Source: Mesorhizobium sp.
Lineage (GTDB): Bacteria; Pseudomonadota; Alphaproteobacteria; Rhizobiales; Rhizobiaceae
Direction: 5' to 3'
Assembly (NCBI RefSeq): GCF_041661565.1
Contig: NZ_JBAZUD010000001.1
Location: 11,321 to 75,320, forward strand
DNA length: 64,000 nt
Below the pieces are notes generated by a model. The model was not told the origin of the DNA. It did not search any database and was given only the letters and a program-made list of their open reading frames with translations. Position 1 is the first letter of the stretch; every line of letters starts with the position of its first letter. The translations under genes and the position numbers were made by a program. Positions 50,027-61,940 of the stretch are shown here, in pieces.

Positions 50027-51070
50027 TCACACGCCGCTTCGGTCGATAACCAGATCGGCGGCGCCGAACCGGTCTTTTGCCGTCAACTGCTGGTGCCAGT
50101 AGGGGTAGAGCAGCGGTGGTCGGCTGACCGCGTCCAGGCGGGTGCGTTCGTCGTCGGTGAGCACCAGGTTCGCGGCCGCGAGATTATCCTTGAGCTGCGC
50201 CTCATTGCGGGCGCCGATCACCAGCGAGGAAACCGCCGGCCGGCCGAGCAGCCAGGCCAGTGCCACCTGTGCCGACGACACGCCGCGCTGCGTGGCGACA
50301 TCGGCAAGGACCTCGACGATCCGCCATAGCCGGTCCTCGTCGCGGATCGGCGGTTCCGACCAGCCAGCCAACTGGCGGGCGGTGGGGCTGTCGCGGTGGT
50401 ACTTGCCCGACAGCAAACCACCGGCAAGCGGGCTCCAGACCAGCACGCCCAGCCCCTGGTCGACCGAAATCGGCAGCAGTTCATATTCCGCCTCGCGCGC
50501 TTCCAGCGTGTAGTGGATCTGCTGGGTGACGAAGCGCGGCTGGTGACGGCTGTCGCTGATGCCAAGGGCCTTCATCACCTGCCAGCCGGAATAGTTGGAA
50601 CATCCGACGTAGCGGACCTTACCGTGGGCGACCAGCGTATCAAGCGCGGCGATGGTCTCTTCCAATGGCGTCACGCCATCCCATTCATGCAGAAAGTAGA
50701 TATCGATGACGTCGGTCTTGAGCCGTGCCAGGCTCTTTTCGCATTCGCGGATCAGATGATGGCGCGACAGGCCTTCGTCGTTCGGGCCCTTGCCGACCCG
50801 CATCCGCGCCTTGGAGGCGATCATTACGTCGCCCTTGCGTTTGTCGCCGAGTGCTTCGCCGATAATCTCCTCCGACAGCCCGTTCGAATAGACATTGGCG
50901 GTGTCGATGAGATTGACGCCGGCATCGATGCAAATGTCGATCATCCGGCGTGCTTCATCGACATCGGTTTTCCCGACAGCGGCGAACGGGCCGGTGCCAC
51001 CGAAGGTCATGGTGCCCAGCGTCAATGTCGAAACCTTCAAGCCGGAACGGCCGAGAGTGCGGTATTCCAT
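50027..51070 (-). CDS. Aldo/keto reductase
   Basis: LGTMTFG, IDTANVYS.G.SE, GKVRYVGCSN and WSPLAGGLLSGKY. Confidence 0.95.
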   Translation of the reverse strand: MEYRTLGRSGLKVSTLTLGTMTFGGTGPFAAVGKTDVDEARRMIDICIDAGVNLIDTANVYSNGLSEEIIGEALGDKRKGDVMIASKARMRVGKGPNDEGLSRHHLIRECEKSLARLKTDVIDIYFLHEWDGVTPLEETIAALDTLVAHGKVRYVGCSNYSGWQVMKALGISDSRHQPRFVTQQIHYTLEAREAEYELLPISVDQGLGVLVWSPLAGGLLSGKYHRDSPTARQLAGWSEPPIRDEDRLWRIVEVLADVATQRGVSSAQVALAWLLGRPAVSSLVIGARNEAQLKDNLAAANLVLTDDERTRLDAVSRPPLLYPYWHQQLTAKDRFGAADLVIDRSGV

Positions 51071-51341
51071 AACAGTCCTCGCGAATGCTTTGAGTTGGGG
51101 CGGCGCGCCGGCGGCCCGAATGCGACCAGGGATTTGTAGGACAATCTGGTCGGCTTGTCGTCATGCGGTTGCACGGATCGAGCATATCCCGCTTGTTCCA
51201 TGGCAGTGGCCACCGAGATCAAGGCTGCAATAAAACCGTCACCGCCGGTCTATATTGCATTCGGCCAAATGCTTGTCTTCGGGCCGCAGCCTGCGGTCTT
51301 TGGGGGCTCGAAGTGCCGGATTTGCAAGCGGAGCAGCTGAT

Positions 51342-52262
51342 ATGACCGAGCCAAGACAGAATTCGCCCGCCATGGACTGGCTTGAAGCCGAGCTTGCCGA
51401 CACGGTCGACGAAGACTATGAGCTTGAAATGTCGGAGCCGGCGCTGTCGTTGGAAATCGCCAAGATCTACAAGAGCGCGCATCCGCCATCGATCGACCGC
51501 ATGCGATACTTCCGCGACCTGATCAGCCTGCAATCCGAACTGATCAAGCTGCAGTCCTGGGTCTCTTACCACAAGAAGAAACTGGTGGTGATCTTCGAAG
51601 GCCGCGACTCCGCCGGTAAGGGCGGCGTCATCAAGCGCATCACCCAGCGCCTCAATCCGCGCATCTGCCGCGTCGTGGCGCTGCCGGCGCCGACCGAGCG
51701 CGAGAAATCGCAATGGTATTTCCAGCGCTATGTGCCGCATCTGCCGGCGGGCGGAGAGATCGTGCTGTTCGACCGTTCCTGGTACAATCGGTCGGGCGTC
51801 GAGCGGGTCATGGGCTTTGCCGAACCGGAGCAGGTCGAGGAATTCTTCCGCGACGTGCCGGAGTTCGAGCGCATGCTGGTTCGCTCAGGCATCACCGTGG
51901 TCAAGTACTGGTTCTCGATCACCGACGAGGAACAGCAGATGCGTTTCCTGATGCGCATTCATGACCCGATGAAGCAGTGGAAGCTCTCGCCCATGGATTT
52001 GCAGTCGCGCGTGCGCTGGGAGCAGTACACCAAGGCCAAGGAAGAGACGTTCGCCCGCACCAACATTCCCGAGGCGCCCTGGTTCATCGTCGAGGGCAAC
52101 GACAAGAAGCGGGCGCGGCTGAACTGCATCGCCCATCTGCTCAAGCAGTTGCCGTATGAGGAGGTGCCGCATGAGGAGATCACACTGCCCGAGCGCGTCT
52201 TCAATCCCGAATACGAGCGCCAGACGCTGCCGCGCGAGCTTTACGTGCCGGAGAAGTATTGA
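51342..52262 (+). CDS. ppk2: Polyphosphate kinase 2
   Basis: FEGRDSAGKGG, WYFQRY, FDRSWYNR and WKLSPMD. Confidence 0.96.
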   Translation: MTEPRQNSPAMDWLEAELADTVDEDYELEMSEPALSLEIAKIYKSAHPPSIDRMRYFRDLISLQSELIKLQSWVSYHKKKLVVIFEGRDSAGKGGVIKRITQRLNPRICRVVALPAPTEREKSQWYFQRYVPHLPAGGEIVLFDRSWYNRSGVERVMGFAEPEQVEEFFRDVPEFERMLVRSGITVVKYWFSITDEEQQMRFLMRIHDPMKQWKLSPMDLQSRVRWEQYTKAKEETFARTNIPEAPWFIVEGNDKKRARLNCIAHLLKQLPYEEVPHEEITLPERVFNPEYERQTLPRELYVPEKY

Positions 52263-52269
52263 GGGGTTC

Positions 52270-52301
52270 TTCTTTCTCCCCGTATAGTGACGGGGAGAAA
52301 G
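52270..52301. repeat. REP-like palindrome
   Basis: ctttctccccgt-atagtg-acggggagaaag. Confidence 0.7.
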
Positions 52302-52407
52302 AGCTGGATTTACGCCCGCGTGATCACAACATGCGTGGCAAGCGCCGCCCGTGCCCAGCAGCACCGGCTCGATGGCCAGATGCAAAGCCTTGCCTGGGAA
52401 GCCGGGG

Positions 52408-53439
52408 CTACCCCTTCAGCAGCTGCGCCACTTCGGGCGCGAAATAGGTCAGGATTCCGTCGCAGCCGGCACGCTTGAAGGCGAGCAGCGATTCCAGCAT
52501 CGCCTTCTCGCCGTCGATCCAGCCATTGGCGGCGGCGGCCTTGATCATCGAATATTCGCCCGACACCTGGTAGGCGAAGGTCGGCATCTGGAACTCGTCC
52601 TTCAGCCTGCGGATGATGTCGAGATAGGGCAGGCCGGGCTTGACCATCAGCATGTCGGCGCCCTCGGCGATGTCCTGTTCGGCCTCGCGCACCGCCTCGT
52701 CGGAATTGGCGTGATCGATATAGTAGGTCTTCTTGTCGCCCTTGAGCAGGCCGGCGGTGCCGACCGCCTCCCGGTAGGGGCCGTAGAAGGCGGAGGCAAA
52801 TTTGGTCGCATAGGACATGATCGCCACGTCCTGGAAGCCATTGGCGTCGAGCGCGTCGCGGATGGCACCGATACGGCCGTCCATCATGTCGGAGGGTGCG
52901 ATGATATCGGCGCCGGCCGCCGCCTGGATGACCGCCGCCGCCGTCACCTGTTCGACCGTCTCGTCGTTGACGATGATGCCGTCGCGCAGGATGCCGTCAT
53001 GGCCGTGGCTGGTGAACGGGTCGAGCGCAGCATCGGTGATGATGCCGATCTCGGGCACGGCGTCCTTGATCGCGCGTGTGGCGCGGTTGATGATGTTCTC
53101 GGGGTCGAGGATGTGCGAGCCGGTCTGGTCGCGCAGCCCCATGTCGACATTGGGGAAGGTGGCGATCGCCGGAATGCCGAGCTTTGCCGCACGCTCCGCC
53201 TCCTTGACGGCGAGGTCGAGCGACAGGCGGAACACGCCGGGCATGGCGGCGATCGGCTCGCGCACCTGTCTGCCGTCGACGACGAAGATCGGCCAGATCA
53301 GGTCGTCGACCGTCAACCGGTTCTCCTGCACGAGACGGCGCGACCAGTCGGCCTTGCGCATGCGGCGCAAGCGGCGGCTGCCTGTGACTTCGTCGACGCT
53401 GCGTGCGCCGGCTGGTTTCGTCGGGGTGAATCTGTTCAT
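52408..53439 (-). CDS. hemB: Porphobilinogen synthase
   Basis: DAALDPFTSHGHDG (Asp-type, Cys-free site), APSDMMDGRI, FYGPYREA and MVKPG. Confidence 0.97.
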   Translation of the reverse strand: MNRFTPTKPAGARSVDEVTGSRRLRRMRKADWSRRLVQENRLTVDDLIWPIFVVDGRQVREPIAAMPGVFRLSLDLAVKEAERAAKLGIPAIATFPNVDMGLRDQTGSHILDPENIINRATRAIKDAVPEIGIITDAALDPFTSHGHDGILRDGIIVNDETVEQVTAAAVIQAAAGADIIAPSDMMDGRIGAIRDALDANGFQDVAIMSYATKFASAFYGPYREAVGTAGLLKGDKKTYYIDHANSDEAVREAEQDIAEGADMLMVKPGLPYLDIIRRLKDEFQMPTFAYQVSGEYSMIKAAAANGWIDGEKAMLESLLAFKRAGCDGILTYFAPEVAQLLKG

Positions 53440-53525
53440 CGCCAAAACTCCGGATCGGCGGCTTTTACCACGAGCCCCCGCCGCTGACCAATGCGACACG
53501 ATTGTGCCAGCGATGCGATCGAGTT

Positions 53526-54350
53526 CTATCGCGGCTGCCCATTGCCCGACAGGATCTGCGCTGCGCCACGCATGGCGACGCGAAAGGCCTCGTCGAAACT
53601 GACGCCGCGCACCTGCCAGGTGTAGGTCTTGCCCGCCATCTCCAGCCGCCAGTCGGCGATCCAGCCCAATTCCCTGTCGCTCCACACGATGCTGCCGGCG
53701 AGCGCCTTGTCGGCACCGGCCTGCTTCGCGGCGGCGTCCAACGACGTCAGCGCGGTGTCGCGCATCGTGATGTCATCCAGTCCTGCCCGCGACAGCGACG
53801 CTGCCTTGGGAAAACCCACCTGCATGGCCAACGGCGTGGCGGCATTGCCAAACGATTCGCGCATCAGTTCACCGCGCTCGTTGTCGGCATCAAGCGCAAA
53901 ATGCCGGGCGCCCTGTCGGGTCGACAGGAACACCGCCAGCCGGGGCCGCTCCGCCAGCCAGGGCTTGTCGCCGAGCAAGGCCAGCACCCCGTCGATCGCA
54001 GCCGGCTTATAACGGCAATAGAGGTCGTGCGGCCGGTCATGCGTGCCTTGCTCGTCATGAATGGGAATGCCCTCCATACGGTCACGGTAGCGGAAGCCGG
54101 CGACGAACCCTCCAGGCTTGTCGCTCAGTGCCGCCATCTCCGGTTTCGCCAGCAGGCGCTGATCACCGGAAACCCGGAGCAGCACAGCGTCGAGACAGCT
54201 CTTGAAACCGGCTTCGCGGTTCACTTCGCCCTGGCCTGTGACGATGGTTTGCGATTGATAGAGGTCGTCAAGGCTGGTTGCAGCGGTCGGACGAGCGGCT
54301 ATGCCGGTCAGCACGATAACCAACAGCGCAAGGCACCAAAATCGAGCCAT
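53526..54350 (-). CDS. DUF2066-domain exported protein
   Basis: Signal peptide, LY....IV, VLLRVSGD and PW..ERP.L.V.L. Confidence 0.75.
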   Translation of the reverse strand: MARFWCLALLVIVLTGIAARPTAATSLDDLYQSQTIVTGQGEVNREAGFKSCLDAVLLRVSGDQRLLAKPEMAALSDKPGGFVAGFRYRDRMEGIPIHDEQGTHDRPHDLYCRYKPAAIDGVLALLGDKPWLAERPRLAVFLSTRQGARHFALDADNERGELMRESFGNAATPLAMQVGFPKAASLSRAGLDDITMRDTALTSLDAAAKQAGADKALAGSIVWSDRELGWIADWRLEMAGKTYTWQVRGVSFDEAFRVAMRGAAQILSGNGQPR

Positions 54351-54557
54351 GGAATGCTCCGTCGGGATGACCGTCAGCGCGGCGCCATGCGATGCCGTCG
54401 CCCGGTTTTTGCGGCGTTGTCGGCATTGCGAGTCGATTTCTAGCACTGACCGCCGGTCCGGGCAAAGCGCCAGCAATGCCTTGCCCGGCATTGACGCACC
54501 CATGCGCCACGCTCTAGCACTTCAGTCCCGGCGGCGCGGGGGAGGGATTCTTTTACG

Positions 54558-55601
54558 ATGGATTTTGGCGGAGGCGACGAGATCCGTTTCGAACATCTGG
54601 GCCGGGCCGGCGTCGTCACGCTGACGCGGCCGCGCGCGCTCAATGCCGTGACGCACAGGATGGTCGGGGCGCTGGCGGCCGCGGTTTGCGCCTGGGAGAA
54701 CGACCCAGCCATCGACGTCGTCGTCATAAAGGCCGAAGGCAGGGCGTTTTCGGCTGGTGGCGACATCCTGCATGTCTACGAGGCCGGCCGGGCGGGAAAG
54801 CCGCCGGTCGAGTTCTTCGCCGATGAATATCGCCTCAACGCCCGCATCAACAGTTTCAGGAAACCGTATGTCGCACTGATCGACGGCATAGTGATGGGCG
54901 GAGGGGTCGGCATCTCCTTCCATGGCTCGCACCGGGTGATGACCGAGAATGCCCAGTTCGCCATGCCGGAGGTCGGCATCGGCTTCTTCCCGGATGTCGG
55001 TGCCAGCCATCTGCTGCCCGATCTCGGCGGCTCCTTCGGCATGTACCTGGCGCTGACCGGCAACCGCATCCGCTACGGCGACGCGCTGTGGGCGGGCCTC
55101 GCCACCCACACCATCAAGGCGCAGGATCAGGCCGGATTCCTTGACCGGCTGACGCTGACCGGCGATCCGGACTCGGTGCTGAGCGCATTCTTAGTGCAGG
55201 CAAGGCAGGAGACCGACAGACCGACGCTCGAAGCAATCATGCGCCACTTCTCGAAACCATCGCTGAAGCGCGTCATCGACAGTCTCGAGCGCGAGGCGGC
55301 GACCGACGCGTTCGCGGCATTGACGCTTGGGACGATCCGCACGCGTTCGCCGACCAGTCTCCACATTGCCTGGCGCGCGATCAGCGCCGGAAAGACATTG
55401 TCGATGGACGCGTGCATGAAGATGGAGTTCCGCATCCTGAACCGGATGCTGGACGGCCACGATTTCTATGAAGGCATCCGCGCCGCCATCATCGACAAGG
55501 GCTCGACGCCGCAATGGAGGCCGGCGAGCCTCGGCGAGGTCAGCGAGGCGGATATCGATGCCTATTTCGCCCCTCTTGGCGAACGGGAACTCGATCTATG
55601 A
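54558..55601 (+). CDS. Enoyl-CoA hydratase/isomerase family, 3-hydroxyisobutyryl-CoA hydrolase-like
   Basis: AFSAGGDI, DGIVMGGGVG, AMPEVGIGFFPDVG and DFYEGIRAAIIDK. Confidence 0.92.
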   Translation: MDFGGGDEIRFEHLGRAGVVTLTRPRALNAVTHRMVGALAAAVCAWENDPAIDVVVIKAEGRAFSAGGDILHVYEAGRAGKPPVEFFADEYRLNARINSFRKPYVALIDGIVMGGGVGISFHGSHRVMTENAQFAMPEVGIGFFPDVGASHLLPDLGGSFGMYLALTGNRIRYGDALWAGLATHTIKAQDQAGFLDRLTLTGDPDSVLSAFLVQARQETDRPTLEAIMRHFSKPSLKRVIDSLEREAATDAFAALTLGTIRTRSPTSLHIAWRAISAGKTLSMDACMKMEFRILNRMLDGHDFYEGIRAAIIDKGSTPQWRPASLGEVSEADIDAYFAPLGERELDL

Positions 55602-56020
55602 GCGACGTGAATTCCAGACGCGTCGTTCTCCAGCCCTCCGGGGTGGAAGTGATCTTCGCCTGGTTCCAGCGCCTGATCGCCGGCTACTGCCTGTTTTTTG
55701 GCATCCTGTACTGGATCAAGCTGATCGGCTTCTACCCTGGCTCGCTCTGGCGTTTCGATCTGATGCCCGTGCACTGGCAGGTGGCTGCGGTGATGCTGGC
55801 CGTGTTCTTTCCGTTCGCGGCCGCCGGCCTCTGGATGCTGGCGTCCTGGGGGCCGGTGATCTGGTTCATCTGCGCGGTCACCGAGATCGTCATGTATGCC
55901 GGCTTCCCCGAGCTTTTCGGGCACCGCCTGCTGATCGTCGCCTCGCATGTGGGCGTGGCGCTGCTTTACATCGTCTTTCGCATCGTCATCTACCTGCAGA
56001 AGCGCCCGGCGCGGGCATGA
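55598..56020 (+). CDS. DUF6163-like membrane protein
   Basis: ATGA overlap with the upstream gene; AA.GLWMLASWG.VIW; 4 TM segments. Confidence 0.75.
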   Translation: MSDVNSRRVVLQPSGVEVIFAWFQRLIAGYCLFFGILYWIKLIGFYPGSLWRFDLMPVHWQVAAVMLAVFFPFAAAGLWMLASWGPVIWFICAVTEIVMYAGFPELFGHRLLIVASHVGVALLYIVFRIVIYLQKRPARA

Positions 56021-56259
56021 CGCCTGCCATGTCTCGGCGCGGTCTGGCTGCGCCCCGAATCCGACCCTCGATCGTTGCCTAAATCTTTAGGTTAATTATC
56101 CTTGCTCGGGTGACCGTTCGTTAAGTCTCTTTCGAAACCTCTTACCGGTAAGCTCTTGTTAGCCCTAGCGTTTAAGTCGAATTTTATGAGTATTCGATAG
56201 TGTCGCAATCAAGGTGAAAAACAAAAAATCACCAGGGCGACAAACGAGAGGCAAAGACA

Positions 56260-56775
56260 ATGATCAATTCGCGTCCGGCGGCGAAGACCGCCAACGTATC
56301 CGACGATCGCCGCGAGGCAATCCGTTCGCTGTACATGGAATCGCTGCAGCTTGTGGAACGGCTGCACCGCCGTCTGCTTGACGTGATCAAGGACGAATTC
56401 GACCGCAATGGCCGCTCCGACATCAATGCCATCCAGGCGCTGCTGCTGTTCAACATCGGCAATTCCGAGCTGACCGCCGGCGAACTGCGCTCGCGCGGCT
56501 ACTATCTCGGCTCGAACGTCTCCTACAACCTGAAGAAGCTGGTCGATCTCGGCTTCATCAACCACCAGCGCTCGCGCATCGACCGCCGTTCGGTCCGCGT
56601 CAGCCTGACGCCGAAGGGCAACGAGGTGGCTGAGGTCGTCGGCGGCCTCTATGAGCGCCATGTCGGCTCGATCGAGCAGGTCGGCGGCATCAACACCGAC
56701 GAATTCAAGCAGATGAACCGCGCCCTGCAGCGCCTCGACCGCTTCTGGAACGACACGATTGCATATCGGATGTGA
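56260..56775 (+). CDS. ldtR: MarR-family regulator LdtR
   Basis: ERLHRRLLDVIKDE, GYYLGSNVSYNLKKL and DRRSVRV; lies upstream of an L,D-transpeptidase. Confidence 0.88.
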   Translation: MINSRPAAKTANVSDDRREAIRSLYMESLQLVERLHRRLLDVIKDEFDRNGRSDINAIQALLLFNIGNSELTAGELRSRGYYLGSNVSYNLKKLVDLGFINHQRSRIDRRSVRVSLTPKGNEVAEVVGGLYERHVGSIEQVGGINTDEFKQMNRALQRLDRFWNDTIAYRM

Positions 56776-57344
56776 GACGTTCCGGCCGCATCGATCTGGT
56801 CCGCGCCAAACAGGCGCGGCCTGTCGGCTGCCGGGTCACGGTTGATGCCGAATGCCGTCAGCCTTTTCTTTCGGCGGTGGCTATTCCGGGGTCAAATAGG
56901 CGAGGGCCCTATCGGCGACGCGCCCGCCGAAGAACGGGCTCTTTCAACCTCGCGCGTAGGGGCTGGCTCCTCGACCTCATAAGTACGATCGTCCGCCGGG
57001 CAGACAATCAACGTCCGCGTCTGGATTCAGTTGCCAGAGCCGTGGGGCCAGTGCCGGGCTGAGGAGGCGCTTGTCCATGTCCGATCGGGTGTCGGTACCG
57101 AAAAAGCACTTGCCTTCTTTTTCGCCGCGCCGGCCAATGCCATTTCGGCCCCAAGCCACGTTGCCGCCATATTCCAATGAAACCGAGGAGGCTGGTGATG
57201 CCGTTCACCCGGAACCCGTATCGTGCCTCGCGCGTTCGTTGCCGTCCTGATGCGGACATGGTTGGCTAATTGTTAAGATTGCCAACTTTAGAGTGCGGGC
57301 AAGATCGGCCCTGATCGAACGCTACAAGAATGTCTGGAACGTCC

Positions 57345-58598
57345 ATGAAAACCAGCCGCCGTTTTTTCCTCTCCGGAGCCTCGCTGCTCGCCGCCGCCGC
57401 GGTGGCTGGGCGTGCAAGCGCGCAGGATGTGATCGGGGATATCCTGAAATCCTCGTCGCGCGGCAATTGGGATGACCAGTTCGACGCCCGCGCCAGCGAG
57501 GGCGGCAAGGTTGCGTCGACGCTGCCGATCTTCAGCCTGCAGACCGTTGCCTTCACCGAGCAGGCGGTCGCGCAATATCAGAATATAGTCGGGCAGGGCG
57601 GCTGGGTTGAGGTCCCCGCGACCAAGAAACTCGAACTCGGCGTCAACGATCCCGATGTCGTGCCGCTGCGCAAGCGCCTGATGGTCTCGGGCGATCTGTC
57701 GCAGAGCGCCGGCGTCTCGACGTCTTTCGACTCCTATGTCGATTCCGCCGTGAAGCGCTTCCAGCTGCGCCATGGCTTGCCGGCAGACGGCTCCTTGGGC
57801 AAATACACCTACGCGGCGATGAACGTTTCGGCGCAGATAAGGCTTGGCCAGTTGCAGACCAATCTGCAGCGGCTGCGGGAGAAGGCGGGCACGCTGGGCA
57901 GCCGATACGTGCTGGTCGATATTCCCGCGGCGCAGGTCGAAGCCGTCGAGAACGACCGCGTCGTGCTTCGCCACACGGCGATCGTCGGCAAGATCGATCG
58001 CCAGACGCCGATCGTCAATTCCAAGATCAACGAAATCATCGTCAATCCATACTGGAACGCGCCGGTGTCGATCGTGCGCAAGGACATTATTCCGCTGATG
58101 CGGAAGAACCCGGACTATCTGAAGAGCAGCCATATCCGCCTGTTCGCGCCCGATGGCAGCGAGGTGGATCCGATGAACGTCGACTGGTCCACCGATGATG
58201 CCGCGAAGTACCGGTTCCGCCAGGATCCCGGCAATGAAAACGCCATGGCGTCGGTGAAGATCAACTTCCCGAGCCCGGACGGCGTCTACATGCACGACAC
58301 GCCGCAGCAGAGCCTGTTCGGGAAGATGATGCGTTTTGATTCCTCCGGGTGCGTGCGAGTCCAGAACGTGCGCGACCTCGTCACCTGGATCCTGCGCGAT
58401 ACGCCCGGCTGGGATCGCCAGCATTTCGAGGCGGCAATCAAGACCGGTGAAAACACGCCGATCCAGGTCACCAATCCGGTACCGGTGCACTTCCTCTATC
58501 TTTCGGCCTGGTCGACAGGTCCGGGCGTCGTGCAATTCCGCGACGACGTGTATGCGCTCGACGGCGCCAACGAGCTGCAGATTACGTCTTCTCTCTGA
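57345..58598 (+). CDS. L,D-transpeptidase (YcbB/LdtP-like) with peptidoglycan-binding domain and Tat signal
   Basis: SRRFFL twin-arginine signal, AVKRFQLRHGL.ADG, YMHDTP and SSGCVRV. Confidence 0.92.
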   Translation: MKTSRRFFLSGASLLAAAAVAGRASAQDVIGDILKSSSRGNWDDQFDARASEGGKVASTLPIFSLQTVAFTEQAVAQYQNIVGQGGWVEVPATKKLELGVNDPDVVPLRKRLMVSGDLSQSAGVSTSFDSYVDSAVKRFQLRHGLPADGSLGKYTYAAMNVSAQIRLGQLQTNLQRLREKAGTLGSRYVLVDIPAAQVEAVENDRVVLRHTAIVGKIDRQTPIVNSKINEIIVNPYWNAPVSIVRKDIIPLMRKNPDYLKSSHIRLFAPDGSEVDPMNVDWSTDDAAKYRFRQDPGNENAMASVKINFPSPDGVYMHDTPQQSLFGKMMRFDSSGCVRVQNVRDLVTWILRDTPGWDRQHFEAAIKTGENTPIQVTNPVPVHFLYLSAWSTGPGVVQFRDDVYALDGANELQITSSL

Positions 58599-58616
58599 CA
58601 CGTCAGATGGTTTCGC

Positions 58617-58647
58617 AAAGGCCGCCTCCGGGCGGCCTTTTTCTTTT
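58617..58647 (+). terminator. Rho-independent terminator
   Basis: aaaggccgcc-tccg-ggcggccttt followed by ttctttt. Confidence 0.88.
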
Positions 58648-58701
58648 GTGGACGGATTGGAGCGGTTTGCGCATGGTCCGGCAAACACTAGGGCTGGTCT
58701 C

Positions 58702-60348
58702 ATGCAGGTCGCCGTCTTCATCCTCGTCGTGCTGGTCTTCGTGGCGGTATCCGGCGCTCTGGCGCGGCTTGTGCGGGTGCCGCTGCCGGTGCTCCAGATC
58801 GCAATAGGCGCAGCACTCGCCTGGCCCGTGCGTGGCATCCATGTCGAGATCGATCCGGAGCTGTTCCTGCTGGTGTTCATTCCGCCGCTCTTGTTCGCCG
58901 ATGCCTTTGGCGCACCCAAGCGCGAGCTGATCGCCCTGCGCTGGCCGATCCTCGACCTCGCCATCGGGCTCGTCTTCTTCACCATTGTCGGCTTTGGCTA
59001 TGCCCTGCACTGGCTGGTGCCAAGCATTCCGCTGGTTGTCGCGTTCGCGCTGGCCGCCGTGCTGTCGCCGACCGATGCGGTGGCTGTCTCGTCGATCGTC
59101 GACAAGACTGTCGTTCCGGCGCGGCTGATGCATATCCTGGAAGGCGAGTCGCTGCTCAACGACGCCTCTGGTCTCGTCATGTTCCGCTTCGCGGTGACCG
59201 CCGCGCTGACCGGCGGCTTTTCGTTGACGGCCGCCTCCCTGAGTTTCCTCTATGCCGTGGCGGTGGGCGTCCTTTGCGGTGCCGCCGCGTTGTTCGCCGC
59301 CGCCAAGGCGCTGCAACTGCTCAACCGTATCGCCGGCGTGCCGGCCGAGGCGCAGGTGCTGGTGATGATCCTGCTGCCTTTCGTCGCCTATCTGGGCGCG
59401 GAACATTTCGGGGCCTCCGGCATCCTGGCGTCGGTCACCGCCGGCCTGCTGACCGGCGGTACCGGGATCTTTCGCCATCTCGGCGTCTCGGCGCGCATCC
59501 AGACGATGTCGCTCTGGGCGACGCTTTCCTTCGTCTTCAACGGCGCGCTGTTCATCGTGCTCGGCGTGCAGCTTCCCGACATCATCCGCAAGGTGCCGCC
59601 CGAACTCACCGGGCATTATCCTGTTCTCCAGCCGGTTCTGACCGTGGTGGCGCTGACCCTTTGCCTGATCGCACTGCGCTTCCTGTGGATCTGGGTCGGC
59701 GACATAGGGGCGGCGGTCTCGGCGCGGCTGGGCAAGCGCCAGGTCGAGCCGTTCGGGCTGCGCGTGCGGCTGGCCGGTTCGGTGGCGGGCGTGCGCGGCG
59801 CGATCACACTGGCCGGCATATTGTCGCTGCCGCTGGTGTTGCGGGACGGCTCCCCATTCCCGGCGCGGGACCTGGTCATCTTCCTTGCCGCGGGCGTCAT
59901 CATCTGCTCGCTGGTCTTCGCCAGCCTTGCCCTGCCGACGATCGCGCGCGGACTGGTCGAACCGGGCGAGGATGCGGGCGCCGCCGAGGAGCGGCTGGCC
60001 CGTGTGGGCGCCGCCAAGGCGGCCATCGCCCACATCGAGCGTATCGCAGCGACCGACGCAGAGGACGGCGGTGAGGTGCCCGGTGCCCGGCTCGCCGCGG
60101 CCGAAGGGATTGTCGCGGCATACCGCCGCCGCATCGCCGCCTCCGACGAAGCCGTCGAGGCGCGCGCCGAGGCAAGGGAGGCTGGCCGGCTGGAGCTGGA
60201 ACTAAGGCTCGCCGGCATCGAGGCCGAACGCGCGGCGGTTCGTTCCATGCTGCGGGACGGCCTGATCAACGATCATACGGCGCGAGAGCTGTTCACCGAG
60301 ATCACGCTCACCGAGGCTCTTCTGAAGGGCAGGCAGACGCGGAAATAG
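58702..60348 (+). CDS. Na+/H+ antiporter, CPA1 family (YjcE/NhaK-like)
   Basis: FIPPLLF, LSPTDAVAV, ILEGESLLNDA and GVRGAITLA. Confidence 0.93.
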   Translation: MQVAVFILVVLVFVAVSGALARLVRVPLPVLQIAIGAALAWPVRGIHVEIDPELFLLVFIPPLLFADAFGAPKRELIALRWPILDLAIGLVFFTIVGFGYALHWLVPSIPLVVAFALAAVLSPTDAVAVSSIVDKTVVPARLMHILEGESLLNDASGLVMFRFAVTAALTGGFSLTAASLSFLYAVAVGVLCGAAALFAAAKALQLLNRIAGVPAEAQVLVMILLPFVAYLGAEHFGASGILASVTAGLLTGGTGIFRHLGVSARIQTMSLWATLSFVFNGALFIVLGVQLPDIIRKVPPELTGHYPVLQPVLTVVALTLCLIALRFLWIWVGDIGAAVSARLGKRQVEPFGLRVRLAGSVAGVRGAITLAGILSLPLVLRDGSPFPARDLVIFLAAGVIICSLVFASLALPTIARGLVEPGEDAGAAEERLARVGAAKAAIAHIERIAATDAEDGGEVPGARLAAAEGIVAAYRRRIAASDEAVEARAEAREAGRLELELRLAGIEAERAAVRSMLRDGLINDHTARELFTEITLTEALLKGRQTRK

Positions 60349-60465
60349 CAATCGCCATCCCGGTTGGCCTGGATTTGAAGTTTCTGCCGCAAACCGGCCA
60401 GCAAATTTCGCGCCGCAAACGTGGCGAGGGCAAAGCAACTGTGTTAATGGCGCGGCGAACCCGAC

Positions 60466-60510
60466 GCATGCCGCCAGAAACGATGAGGTGGTTCTGGGAT
60501 CACGACATGC
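60466..60510. repeat. Degenerate palindromic intergenic element upstream of glyA
   Basis: gcatg.cg.ccagaa...ttctgg...cgacatgc inverted arms. Confidence 0.5.
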
Positions 60511-60551
60511 TCGAACAGAAACCGACCTCCGGCCCTTAGGGAATTCAAGCC

Positions 60552-61865
<1,314 letters not shown>

Positions 61866-61940
61866 GATCGGGGCACGGACGACCTTGCCGCGACGACAAA
61901 GTCGTCGCGGCAGGGCCCGTGCGATCGACAGGGAGCCTTG

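Noticed and set aside
56080-56200. CtrA boxes upstream of ldtR
   Set aside because: Several TTAA half-sites are present, but none has correct TTAA-N7-TTAA spacing.
60350-60551. Glycine or ZTP riboswitch upstream of glyA
   Set aside because: No recognisable consensus; the visible hairpin matches an intergenic repeat family.
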